The notes under the pieces were generated by a model. It did not search any database. It worked only from the letters and a program-made list of their open reading frames with translations, and had not been told where the DNA came from. 64,000 nucleotides of DNA. It comes from Octopus sinensis (Eukaryota). Shown piece after piece: positions 38,372 to 51,756 of the stretch; position 1 is the stretch's first letter; each line of letters begins with the position of its first letter. Made by a program: the position numbers and the translations under genes. Location of the stretch: positions 128,960,001 to 129,024,000 of the forward strand of contig NC_042998.1 of NCBI RefSeq assembly GCF_006345805.1, in the 5' to 3' direction.

Positions 38372-39330
38372 GCGCAAACCGTCGCCAAGGCAACACCAAC
38401 ATCCTCTCAACGATTAGCCGGAGATGATTTTTAAAATGAGAATATTTGAAATAAATCCGACTGCTCTCACAAACGAGAATACTAAAAATGAACCCGACCG
38501 TTCTCAAAAATTAAGTAAAAACAAACAAAACCCCCCCCAAAACAGAAAAATAATCCAGAATCCGTGTCCGGTACCTGATCGATCCCAATGGTAGTCATGG
38601 AATGTGAAGGTGGGTGAGCGGGTCGTGTTTGTAATGCTGTGTGTATGTCGTCTGCAGTGGGAATAGGGATAGTTTTCTCTATGAAGGCCTTTTTTAGTCT
38701 ATCCACTGATATAGTGTCTTTACGACCGTTAAGGTCTATAGTAAAAATTATCCGTACATGAAAGAAAACGCAAAGGGTGCAGTTAACGGAGTTTTAACAA
38801 AATCGTTGCGCACAAAAACGTGAGTCCAAGAAGTAAATCTTCTTTCAAGGCAGAGCTAGAAATACAATTGTCAAGTAGGTAAGATGTTTTAAACAGGACC
38901 GATATATTCAAAATTGTCGAGGATAAATTGAATTTATTATTGTTACTGAATACGTTAGTGTTATTTAATTTCTGAATGGTTTTGCTGCCGTTTGTTGATT
39001 TCTTTATCTGTCAGTTTCTACTAAGATAGAGACTCGAGTAAAGTTAATAATTGGAAACAATGAATGTGCTTTCAAGTGAGATAATCAGAGATCGTAATAC
39101 TTCATGTAAAATAAACATAACAAATAATCTAGAATCTTTGTCTAGTACCGGATCGATCCCAAAATTTAACAAGTTCGTGCCAGTTACAAGGCCAAACATC
39201 CCTGAAAGTTTCATTCGAATCCATCCAGCGATTCTTGAGATATCTAGTCCACGGGCAAACAAACAAACAAACAAACAAACAAACAAACACGACTGAAAAC
39301 AATACTTCTGCCTTCGCTAAGGCGGAGGTA
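38372..39330 (+). mobile_element. Helentron-associated non-autonomous element (HINE/DINE-1-like)
   Basis: 5' AACAAGGGCACTCGGAGAGCGCAAACCGTCGCCAAGG, subterminal (AAAC)n, and a 3' stem-loop ACTTCTGCCTT-CGCT-AAGGCGGAGGT. Classification is from recalled architecture. Confidence 0.6.
38600..38900 (-). pseudogene. Gypsy LTR-retrotransposon integrase C-terminal fragment
   Basis: WTHVFVRNDFVKTPLTAP and FTIDLNGRKDTISVDRLKKAF match the typical THVFVR.D and NG..D.VS.DRLKPA motifs. No LTRs. Confidence 0.75.
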
Positions 39331-39517
39331 ATAATAAAGCCGAAGTGAAGAACGAATATATAGTATGTATATTTATCTAGAAAAAAAAAATGAGAATCCC
39401 GAAATATAACAACATACTTCAGGATAAATCGTTATTTGCACTGTGAACAGCGATGCGTGAAACGATGATTTGCATATTCATTTTCAATACGTTCTGACAG
39501 ACTTGAACACAAATACG

Positions 39518-40360
39518 AGATCTTTTCCTTTTGAACGACACTTTGTAACATAATTTCTAGGTAACTAAAAAGTTTAAAACTTCGTATACTGGTCGAATGT
39601 GTTTATAAAACATCACTTTTTCTTGACTTTATTGAGGAAATTCTATATGTTGTAACATATTTCGTCTTTAATGTCGAGCATTTAGGCAATTTTAACCAAT
39701 CGCTGACGTCTATTTAGGTAAATAACATTCTGTGCATAATGAATATGTCCCTCCTTTAAGAAACAGATTGGGTTTATTTACATTTGTGAAGAAAAAACCC
39801 TTCCCCCACCCCTAACCCTAACCCTAACTCTAACCCTAAATCTAAAATAGATTGAGATGCAATAGATCGATACTAGGGTTATAATTATGGGTGACAATTT
39901 CATACGACACCGCTACGGAAAATGGGATTTTTTTCTAGCGGTGTCAAATGAAAATGTCACCCATAATTATGGCCCTAGTATCGATCTGTTGCATTTCAAT
40001 CTATTTTAGATTTAGGGTTAGGGTTAGTTAGGGTTAGGGTTAGGGTTAGGGTTAGGGTTAGGGGTTGGGGAAGGGTATCTTTTTTTCTTCACAAATGTAA
40101 ATAAACCCAACCTGTTTCTTAAAGGGGGGACATATTCATTATGCACAGAATGTTATTTACCTAAATGGACGTCAGTGATTGGTTAAAATTGCTGAAATGC
40201 TCGAAATTAAAGACGAAATATCTTACAACCTATAGAATTTTCTCAATAAAGCCAAGAGAAAATGATGTTTTATAAACACATTCTACCAGTATACGAAGTT
40301 TAAAACTTTTTAGTTACCTAGAAATTATGTTACAAAGTGCCGTTCAAAAGGAAAAGATCC
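39518..40360. mobile_element. 843-bp palindromic (foldback) DNA element with internal telomeric repeats; possibly a non-autonomous Merlin-like element
   Basis: Arms of ~400 bp. Termini AGATCTTTT / AAAAGATCC. Perfect 8-bp TSD CAAATACG (39510-39517 and 40361-40368). Confidence 0.85.
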
Positions 40361-41036
40361 CAAATACGTTAATAGCTGTTCTATATGTCGCAGGAATTCT
40401 CCATTTTTATGACGGCTAAGTGTTCATTAGACAGTCGATCCATTGGCACAAAGGATTCTTTCTGAGAGACAGGGGTTTCGACATGTGTCCCGTCAACCGG
40501 AAGTACCCAGACATTTGAAGCTAAAAAAGAGACGACGGTTTTGTTTATAACTTTTAGTGAACAAACTGTTTGCTGATTCACGCGAATATCTGTCATATAT
40601 GACTAATGATTACTTAGGACTAAAAGGATTTTTGGGACTAAAAGTAGGATAAAAGTAGCATGAAGTCACAAACTTCATTCTCAAAGGAAAACAATGAGAG
40701 GAAACAGCAATTTTTTTTTACCAGAGAAGCCAAGAAGAAATTACCAAAAATAAACAAATTAATCCAAAACCGATCCAAGAGATCTTATACGTGGCCGCTT
40801 CATCTGCTAGAAATAACTGCCAGCTTCGTTTAAATCACATTCTATGGTCTTAAATTGAGAAGGACGTATTGGACAGTCTGGTAGTACCTGATGGAAAAAT
40901 ACAATGAATTATTCAGGGTTGGAAAGTATTCAATTAAAGGTTTGTTCGCGTAGGGCTGACCTGAGTTAAACACCACCACCATCACCACCACCACCATCAC
41001 CCCACCATCACCATCACCACCACCACCACCACCACC

Positions 41037-41067
<31 letters not shown>

Positions 41068-41435
41068 GCAACAACAACAACAGCAACAACAACAACAACA
41101 GCAACAACAAGAGCAATAACAGCAGCAGCAGCAGCAGCAACAACAACAACAACAACAACAACAACAACGACGACGACGACGAAGACACCAACACCAACAA
41201 CATCCTTCTATCTTTTATTTGTTTCGATTGTTGAACGGCGGCCATGCTGGGGCACCATCTTGACGGGCTTTGTCGAATAAATGGTTTCCGGGACTTATTT
41301 TTTTTAAAGCCAGGTACTTGTTCTATTGGTCTCTTATGCCGAATCACTAAGTTACGCAGAAGTAAACAAACTAATGCCGGCTGCCAAACGGTGCTGGAGG
41401 ACAAACTCATACACAAAGACGCACACCCACATACA

Positions 41436-41482
<47 letters not shown>

Positions 41483-41534
41483 ATATATATATATATATAT
41501 ATGTAGGTCCCGGGTTGATTCGGGGTTAACCACA

Positions 41535-41880
41535 GTAAATAAGGTACTCAATACATAGCAGAGTAAAATTAATTTATTATATAGAAGGAGCTTCTACAGG
41601 ACTAGAACTGTTTCATTCAAGAGAAATCTTCAGGAAGCTAGTTAACAAGAATTGTATTGGCATTTATACATTTAGGCAGGTTTAAGGGGTGTTGGTGGGG
41701 GACCTTTTTGGGGTAGGCATAGCGCAAAATATCATACTTGGGGGAGTGGTCAAGGAGTCAGTGTTAAATTAGATAGAAGAATAAATAAAAAAAATAAAAA
41801 AAAAATAAAAAAAAAAAAAAATCTATATATAAAAAAAAGGGGAATAGAGTTTTAGGTAAATAAGGAGATTCTCACTTATA
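41535..41880 (-). mobile_element. Penelope-like pseudo-LTR-type non-coding repeat carrying a hammerhead
   Basis: A C-rich tract and a TATA-like TGTATAAAT precede a complete hammerhead. Flanked by (TA)n. Confidence 0.5.
41589..41639 (-). ncRNA. Type I hammerhead ribozyme
   Basis: AGCTTC-CTGAAGA-tTTCtcttGAAt-GAA-ACAGttctagtcCTGT-A-GAAGCT. Stem I is 6 bp and stem III 4 bp, with a GUA cleavage triplet. The base of stem II is an atypical U-U. Confidence 0.75.
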
Positions 41881-42754
41881 CCTATGCACACATGTATACA
41901 TACATACACACACATACAACTATATACATATACATACAACATACATAACACACATATATATACATATATATACACTTACACATACACATACATATACATA
42001 TCTACACAACACATATATGTATACATACACACACTCACATGCATACACGTATACACACATGTATATATACACACACGACCACACCTACATATACGCACAG
42101 AAAAATATATATACACATACACACACATACTCACATACACGCATACACACACCTATCCACACACACACATGCACACACAGCACACTAGTCCCTATATACA
42201 CATCTATACACATACACACACATATAGACACACATACATACATATACATACATGTATATATATATATAGATATAGATATATATATATATATACATATGTG
42301 TACCTATGCATACCTACACATACACAACATATATACACATACAAATACAGACCCATTCCCTAATTTTAATTTTATTATCTTCGTTATTACTTTTGTTATC
42401 TTGGCCGCTTGGTCACAAACATCTTGGCTATGACAGCCAGTCCATTTATCTGTCTACTGGAAAACAAGCACTCATTCACTCACGCACACTCTTTAGCACG
42501 TACACTCACTTATTCGTACACTCATACACATACACGCACGCACGCGTTATATTCATACATACATACATCTACATACATTCACGTATATACACATACGTAC
42601 GCGTACCTACAGATTCATGTCTACACTCTTAGAAGGCTAGTCTATATATATACACCAATAAATATAAATACACACCATACATATACACCTACATACAAAT
42701 ACATACATGTATTATATATATATATATATATATATTATTCACATATATATACAC

Positions 42755-42786
<32 letters not shown>

Positions 42787-43024
42787 GCATACACACACAT
42801 ATACATATATATACACTACACGCACATACACATGTACATGCGTACCCATACACACACACACACACACGCGCGCATCCATATATACACATAAGTACACACA
42901 TGCGTAAAAGTATACATATATCTATGCTTACACATACACACACACACACGCGCCTCCTTATATTCATACTTACATGCATATCAAAAAATAAGTAAATAGT
43001 AAAATATATATACGCGCAGTTATG

Positions 43025-44660
43025 GTCCGTTTGATTAACCCAACCAAGTCTGACATCGGATCCGTCAGCAAGAAGATCCTGGACAGGATTTTACCAAAAA
43101 TGCGTGAAGCTTCACCCCTTCCACTCTGGAATAGGACCTCCGAGGCAATAACCTGGTTCCGGGATTTACCTGATAAAAGCAACACCCGATTCCTACAACT
43201 GGATATCGAGGATTACTACGCCTCAATATCGGAGAGCTTGCTGATCGACGCGATTAACTTCGCCAGGAGGTCTTCCACCATCACCGAGCCGAGCAAGATG
43301 TGATCCTCCACGCACGTAAGACTTTTCTTTTCTATGACGGATCCCATGGATCAACAAAAATCTGTGACCCCCTTCGACGTCAGCATGGGTGCTAACGACT
43401 CTGCTGAAATAAGTGACCTAGTGGGCCTTTTCATCCTCCATAGGCTGAAAACCCTATTCACAGGCCTCTCCGGTGGTCTTTACCGCGATGACGGCCTTTT
43501 CGCCCTCCACAAAATAAACCCCAGACCACGGATGGGTTCCGGAAAAATCTTTACACCTTCTTTAAAAAACTTAGGCCTTAGGATTACCTTAGAATCCAAC
43601 TTAACTAAAGCTAACTTCCTTGATGTCACCCTCGACTTAAAAACCTCACTTTATTACCGTACCACAAACCGAATGAATGAATCCCTAAATAATATAGATA
43701 TTAATTCCAACCACCCCCAAAAATATATTAGATAACCTAGTAAAAAGTGTCTCAATTAGAATTTCTAGCCTGTCCGCCACGGAAATATCTTTAAGGCGCA
43801 GCCCCCTATTACAACGAGGCCCTGGCCCGCAGTGGCTTCAAGATAAGATTACCTATACTAGTATAGCCCCACGCCAACCCAGGAAAAATAGAGACGAAGA
43901 CACATTAGCTGGTACAACCCCCCCTTCAACCGTGAGGTCGCTACACCTGTAGCAAAAATCTTCTTCACTCTCCTACAGAAACACTTCCCCACCCAACATA
44001 AGTACTACCTATCCTAAATAAGAACACTATAGACTCTCCTACTCTACCACGCCCAATCTAGCCAGGAACCTAGCCAACAACAATGTGAAAAAACTTAACA
44101 TATCTACTTTTTCGAGGCCCATCCAACGTCCGATAGCAATTGCAACTGCCCTGATAAAACCACCTGCCCCCTCAACAACAACTGCCTACAGAGGGACCTA
44201 GTATATACATGCGAGGTAAGATCAGGCCCTGACGATAAAAGAAAATCCTACATCGGAATGACGTCAAACAGCTTTAAGACCCGTTGGTACGCACACACAC
44301 ACTCGTTCGGCGACAGGATAAATCCAACCAAACTACCCTCGCCGCCCACATCTGGTACCTTAAAAGGAACTCCATCCCCTTCAAGACCAAGTGGAAACTA
44401 CTACAGAAGGCGCGCTCGTACACAGGAGGCCATACCTGCTGTGACCTCTGCATATCGGAGAGCCTAGAGATCTTGTTCGCCAAAGGCCCTCTCCTTAACA
44501 AAATCTCAGAACACTCCCCAAATTGTATGCATAAGAAGTATGCGAACTACAAGAACTATAGACCTACCCGGCAACCAGATTGATGACACCCCACCCACAA
44601 AACCCCCCCCATCCCACCGTTCCCCTAGCACCCCCGATTACCTTTTCTCCTAAGACCTTT
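43025..44660 (+). mobile_element. Penelope-like retroelement (RT plus GIY-YIG; CxC...CPL...C linker), 5'-truncated and frameshifted
   Basis: RLINPTKSDIG, LDIEDYYASI, FDVSMG, GLYRDDGL, NFLDVTLDL, WYNPPF, CNC.....CPLNNNCL...VY, YIGMTSNSFKTRWYAH and C.LC..E.L.I...LNK..E....C.H. Confidence 0.92.
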
Positions 44661-45212
44661 CACATATTGTATGTGCACGCTTGTATATGTGTATCGTATA
44701 TATGTATAGAAATGTATGGGTATAGTAGGAATATACGCATGTATTATGTGTGTGTGTGCGTGTATGTATGTAAAAAATATATAATATATATATAATATAT
44801 GTATGTGCGTGTGTGTGTGTTGTGTGTGTATATATGTATAGATGTATGTATGTATATATGTATATATGTGTGTATGCATATGTATGTGTATATGTATGTG
44901 GTATGTATGTGTATGTAGTATAAAAATTTATAATTAGGGCTTAGTGAAATGGATTGCTTTGCCGCATACTGAACTTTCTAGAAATAGCAGCCAAAAAAGT
45001 TTTTTAGCTCTTCCACTACTTAGAGAATAATTTTCCCTCAGACATTGTTTACTCATAAAAATAATGGTCCTTTTACATACTGAATACTTGGTGAAATTGA
45101 TTAATAACTAATTAACTTTACCCTCAATTGTTGATATATGTATGTGTGTGTATATATATGTGTGTGTATGTGTATATGTACATGTATGTATATGTGTATG
45201 TATGTATGTATG

Positions 45213-45277
<65 letters not shown>

Positions 45278-45989
45278 GCATATATGTATGTGTGTGTATA
45301 TGTGTATTATGTATGTTATGTTTATATATATGTATGTATATGTATATGTATATGTATGTGTGGTGTATATGTATATATGTGTATATATATGAGTGTACGC
45401 GAGTATGTCGATGTATATGTAGGTATGTAGAGTTATGTGTATGTGCAGGTATGTGAGTGTAGATACAAATTGTAGATGTATATATATGTATGTGTATATA
45501 TACATGTATATAGGTATATGTATGTGTGTGTATATGTTATATATATATAATATATATATATTATATATATATATGTATATGCGAGTATGTAGAGATATAA
45601 GTATGTGCATGTGTATATGTATTGTGTGTTATATTATGTATGGGTATGTGTATGTGTATGTATGTATGTTATAATATATATGTATGTGTGTGTGTGTATG
45701 TATGCATATACGTATGTATGTATGTATGGATATGTTGTATGTATATATGTGTGTAAGTGGTGTATATATGTAAATGTAGTGTGTGTGCTTGTATGAGAAT
45801 GTATGTATGTTTGCACACATGTATATATGTGTGTGTATGTGTATATGTATATGTATATGTGATATTTATATATGTATATATATATATAGTATGTATATGT
45901 GTATATATATATGTGTGTGTGTGTATACATGGGTATGTGTATGTATGTATAATATATATATATAATATATATATATATAAAGTTTTAAT

Positions 45990-46160
45990 CCAAACATGAA
46001 AGCACAAAAACACAACAACGTGAGGACGTGGAACAAATATAGTATTATTGGACGCTCAGGAAAGAAGGAAAGAAGGAGGGTTTAACGTTTCGAGCGGAGC
46101 TCTTCGTCGGAAACATAGGAGAAGGAAAGATCCAGAGAAGGGAAGACGGAGGAAAAAAAA
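45990..46160 (-). repeat. Short non-coding repeat carrying a minimal hammerhead (pseudo-LTR-like)
   Basis: Bounded by (TA)n and a SINE head. Contains the motif at 46080-46114. Confidence 0.5.
46080..46114 (-). ncRNA. Minimal type I hammerhead ribozyme with a U4C core change
   Basis: GTTT-CCGACGA-A-GAGCtccGCTC-GAA-ACGT-T-AAAC. Stems I and II are 4 bp, and stem III is the palindrome ACGT. Confidence 0.65.
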
Positions 46161-47931
46161 AATCGCCAACGGTACACAGCCGAAAGTTGTCACGCAGTGG
46201 AAATGAACTCGGAACCATGTGATTGGGAAGCAAACTTCTTACCACACAGCCACATGTGTAAATAAACAAGAAACGCTGCTATATTCGGCAGAGAGTATTC
46301 TCAGCCATCCTAACAACAGCTGTAAGCGTAACAACAACCACCATTAATGCCTACCACTACCTCTTACGACTACAGACTCTTTTAAGACAACAAAAAGTAC
46401 AATAGCAACACGAAGCAATAAGGGCAAAAAAAAAAAAACCCAACAAAATATGAAAGTAAAAGAAAAAAAACAAACAAACGAAAAATAAAACAGTTATTTA
46501 GAACTGTAACAAGTAATAACAGGAAACAACTGAAAGTCACAACAGCCACAATAAAACAACACAACAACGACAACGATAACAACAAAAATGGTAATAACAA
46601 CTACAACGAGAATAAGAGAGAGAAAAAAAAAGGAAGAACTATACGAATGTTATTACTAGTAAGAATACCAAAGAAACAGCAATATCAACAACATGAATAA
46701 CAAACGTGAAACAAGCAACAACAACAACAACAAAAGCTATTAAGAGGAACACCACCACTACCACCGCCACCACCACCACCACCACCGCCATCACCGCCGC
46801 CACCGCCACTGCCACCGCCGCTGCCACCACCACCACCACCACCACCACCACCACCACCGCCGCCGCCGCCGCCGCCGCCACCACCACCATCATCATCGCC
46901 ACAGCTATCAAAAACAACAACAACTACAGCCGCAACGACGTCAACAACAGCAAAAACAACAACCACCATTGTGCCGACTACAACCAAAAGCACAACACCG
47001 ACACCACCACCACTACCACCACCATCAACCACAAGAACAAGAACAACAACAATAACTTCGTCATCGTCCCCCCCACCCACCTCGCAACACTTCCTTTACA
47101 TTCCTTTGTTACCTAGATGAAGGTCACGACCTGGAAAATAAGCTTAGCTAATGTTATTTTGCCGAAAAAAAATTCATATATATATATATAAACAAAAAAA
47201 AACCAAAAATTCTACATAACCCATCCCCACTCTACGACCCTCCTATATGTCCCCACCACCTTATAACTCCTTCGCACACATGCACGCATACACACACACA
47301 CACACACACATATGCACAAGCAAACATATATACACATGCACAAACACGCGAGCGCACGCAGACATGCATTAACACGTAGAAACATGTATACATGCAAGGA
47401 GACACAGACCAAATATACTCATGTATGTATATATGTAGTTATATCTATACCTATATATGTATATATATATATATATATATATTATCTATATATATATATA
47501 TATTAATTATATACACCTACGTATACATACACATAATATATAACATATATATATGTACATATACATATATATGTATATATATTATATATATATATATGTA
47601 TGTATATATATGCATATATATATATAGATATATATATGTACATATACATATATATATGTATATATAATGTATATATATGCAATATGGTGATATATGCATA
47701 ATATATATATATATACACATACGTATACATACACATATATATATACATATATATATGTACATATACATATATTATGTATATATATATATATATATATATA
47801 TGTAGTATATATATGCATATATATATATAGATATATATATGTACATATACATATATATATGTTATATATATGTATATATATAGCATATATGTATATATAT
47901 GCATATATATATATAATACATATATATATAT

Positions 47932-47987
<56 letters not shown>

Positions 47988-48111
47988 TATATATATATTA
48001 ATATATATATATATATATGTGTGTGTGGGTTCACGGTAGCAATCAAATAACTTTTTTGGCAGGCGTCAATTTGAAATATCATGACTCTGAAATTGGCATA
48101 TTTTTCCATCA

Positions 48112-48149
<38 letters not shown>

Positions 48150-48305
48150 TACACACAAAACAGTCACAGAAGTACGGATATACATATATCCACGCATCAC
48201 GCACATACGCATGATTATATATATACATGCACATACGCATATATATCTATATATGCACATACATATAAATATATGTGTGTGTGGTGTAAAATATGTACAT
48301 ATATA

Positions 48306-48382
<77 letters not shown>

Positions 48383-48620
48383 GCATATATTGCTCACGCA
48401 TGCACACTGTGATGTAGGAAGTCGTTACTGTTTGTGTTTTTCTAGTGACTGTCGAGGTTGCTGCCGCTGTTGTTATTGTGTTGTTAGAGCCTGGCTGCAT
48501 ATACTTGAAAGAATTCATCCATCCATCCGCCAGTCTTTCCTATCTCACCCAGTCCTTCCATCCATCCATCCATCCATTCATCACTCTCTTTCTCTCTGTC
48601 TTTCTCACTCTCCCTTTCAT

Positions 48621-48653
<33 letters not shown>

Positions 48654-49309
48654 CTTCCTTCCATATCCATCAATAATTTTCTCGTTCTATATACGCCCAC
48701 ATTCACTACACACGCACATTTACCTAAATGTATATGAAAAAACAAAACAAAAAAAAAAACAAAAACAAAAAACAAAACAAAAAAAAAGCAAAAACGTGAG
48801 AAACAACACATGTGGGCATCTGTATGTGTTAGCTTCTTTGCACGTGTATATATATATCAATTATATATACATGCACATACATGCACATATGTGTAGACAC
48901 ACATATACATGTATATAGTATGTATGTAGTCACGTGTTTTTATGCAGTTAATGTGCAAAATAATTCCGTAAAAATTGCGTGTTTTAAATAATGTTATTAA
49001 TGAATTAGGATTAAACATTTAAGCTTCTGCGTGTTTGCATATATATATATATATATTTTATATGATGATAATAATAATAATAATAATAATAATATATATG
49101 TATATATATATGATATGAATATAACATATATATATATGTATATATATATATGTATATATGCATATATATTACATAATAAATATTATAATATCATATAAGA
49201 TATAAAATTAATTATAACACACACACACACAAACATGCACACACACAAACATACACATACGCATGTATTCGGTTGGGTTTAGCCAAATTAATATACAGTA
49301 CAAAATACA

Positions 49310-49500
49310 TCATTAGCGCGTCGGTCAAAATGTTCAGCTGCAATTCATCTGGTAGTTCACGTTCTGAGTTCAAAACCCACTGAAGTCAACTTTATCCTTC
49401 ATCCTTTCAATGCAGATAAAATTAAGAAACATTCAAATAGTTGGATCGGTCTAATCGACTGCCCTCCCCCCACCAAAAGTGGACATTTTGTGTTAAGCGT
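49310..49500 (+). mobile_element. tRNA-derived SINE (family A)
   Basis: TTCTGAGTTCAAAA...TTTATCCTTCATCCTTTC...GATAAA. Confidence 0.75.
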
Positions 49501-50279
49501 GAGCATACATACATATATACATACATACACATATACACATACATACACTTCTCTGTCTGTCTGTCTCTCTGTATATATATGAGTGTGTGTGTGTATGTAT
49601 GCGTGTGTGTATGTATGTGTATGTATATTAAATGAAGAATACATTGGTATCTGATATTCCTCTATTTGTCTATATATATATATATATATATATAATTTTG
49701 TTTGTCTTTAAAAGGGAATCTAATTATAACATTAAGATACTTTCACAAGAAAAAAAATCCCTGAAAACAGTATGTAGGCACAAACAAATGTCACTCTTTT
49801 CTCTCCATTGCTAATATACGAACAAACTATGGAGATAAAAAAGACGCCCCCCGCCAAAAAAAAAAACCCGAATAGTAACACGTTCCATGAATTCCTTCTC
49901 GACTGTAATTATTTTCCTTTTATAAGAAGTGTTTCACTTTATAAAATGCTTAATTAATAAATCCAAGGTTATATCATACAGGTGATTTCTAAAAGGAGTG
50001 AAATAGTTCTATACTTGATCATCAGGGTCTAAAAAACTTTAGAACTGCATAATAAATAATTAAAAAAGAAAAAAAAGATATGTGAAAAGCATCTTTTTCT
50101 TTACAATTCCTTAATTTCTAATTCAAAATTCCAATTCTGCCAAATATTATGAAAAAATGATAATCATCACCTTTTTAGTAGATGCCCACACGATGATTCT
50201 TTTCTCCGGTTTTATTATTAAGCTGGGTCTCTGATATATAGGTATATATATATAGATAAATATATATATATATATATAA

Positions 50280-50323
<44 letters not shown>

Positions 50324-50764
50324 TATATATATATAGATGATCAACCGTCATCTTTCATGGGACTTTTTGCTAGTTGAGAGTATTTTTTTCTTTCCTTTTA
50401 TGCTGTTACATATATCTAAAACCAGAGGAATACTAATTGAGTAGGCCAGTCATCAAAGAAAATCTATCCATGACAATCCAGTATTTTGGTGACAGGTATG
50501 TAGCGCTACATTATCTGATTATTAGATAATCTAGTCTTACTGTCTATCATGGCTGCAGTCTAGTGACTGAAACAAGTAAAAGATAAAAAGATAAAAACTG
50601 TACGTATTATTGTGTGCCTATGTATGTATGTATGTATGTATGTATGTATGTATGTATGTATGTATGTATGTATGTATGTATGTACTACGTGTGTGCGTAT
50701 GTGCGCGCGTACGTATGTATATATTTATGTATGAATATATATGCACATACATATCTATATATAC

Positions 50765-51068
50765 GCGTGGCTCAGACGTTAGAGCGTCGGATTCACAATC
50801 ATGAGGTAATGAGTTCGATTCCCAGATCGGGCTGTGTTGTGTTCTTTAGCAAAACACTTAATTTCATTCAGTTGTAGAAATGAATTGCGATGTCGCTGGT
50901 GCCAAGCTGTATCGGGCTTTGCTTTATCCTTGAGTAACATCAGTAGCGCGGAGAGGAGAGGCTGGTATGCATGGGCGACTGCTGGTCTTCCATAAACAAA
51001 CTTGGCCGGACTTGCGCCACGGTGCAATCCTATGGTCAATCATAACCGAAGGGGCTTTTACCTTTACC
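50765..51068 (+). mobile_element. tRNA-derived SINE (family C')
   Basis: tRNA-like head GGCTCAGACGTTAGAGCGTCGGATTCACAATC...GAGTTCGATTCCC and a (TTTACC)n tail. Colinear with 11465-11800. Confidence 0.85.
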
Positions 51069-51083
51069 CTATATGTATATATT

Positions 51084-51233
<150 letters not shown>

Positions 51234-51431
51234 TATGCCGGAGCATCGCCCTAAAATTTGTTTTAGTCGAATGAATTGATCCCAGTGCCTTTTAGTCTTA
51301 AACCTGATATTCTGATATTTATAGAGTACTTTTGTCGAACAGCTGAGTTACGGAGACGTAAACGCACCAACACCGGTTGTCAGGTGGCAGTGGTGGACAA
51401 ACATACATACATATATGTATGTGTGCCTATA

Positions 51432-51496
<65 letters not shown>

Positions 51497-51499
51497 TAG

Positions 51500-51755
51500 G
51501 TCATCCCATGAATAATGCGTGGACAGGGCAAGAGGGGTGTTGCTATAGTAACCAGCTAGCTTCCCGTAACTTCTTTCTATTGTTGATCTTGGGTTTCTTT
51601 TGATGTATGAGGATGGCCTCAGAGATTCTAAGGTTGCCTCTGTTCTGCTGTGTTGCCTTAATGTGCACTGTGAATTCCCGGGTCTATCATTTCAGTAGGT
51701 GATTCTTCACGGAATTGTTTGCCTGCATGTGTTCCTTAATGCGTACATGCAGAAA
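51500..51755 (-). mobile_element. Inverted copy of the 3' end of the adjacent Penelope-like element
   Basis: Minus strand encodes LHVRIKEHMQANNSVKNHLLK**TREFTVHIKA...LRISEAILIHQKKPKINNRKKLREASWLL*. Confidence 0.85.
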
Positions 51756-51756
51756 A

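Noticed and set aside
39810-40063. TTAGGG arrays as a chromosome end or fusion site
   Set aside because: They are short, symmetric and enclosed in an element with TIRs and an 8-bp TSD. The orientation is opposite to a telomere fusion.
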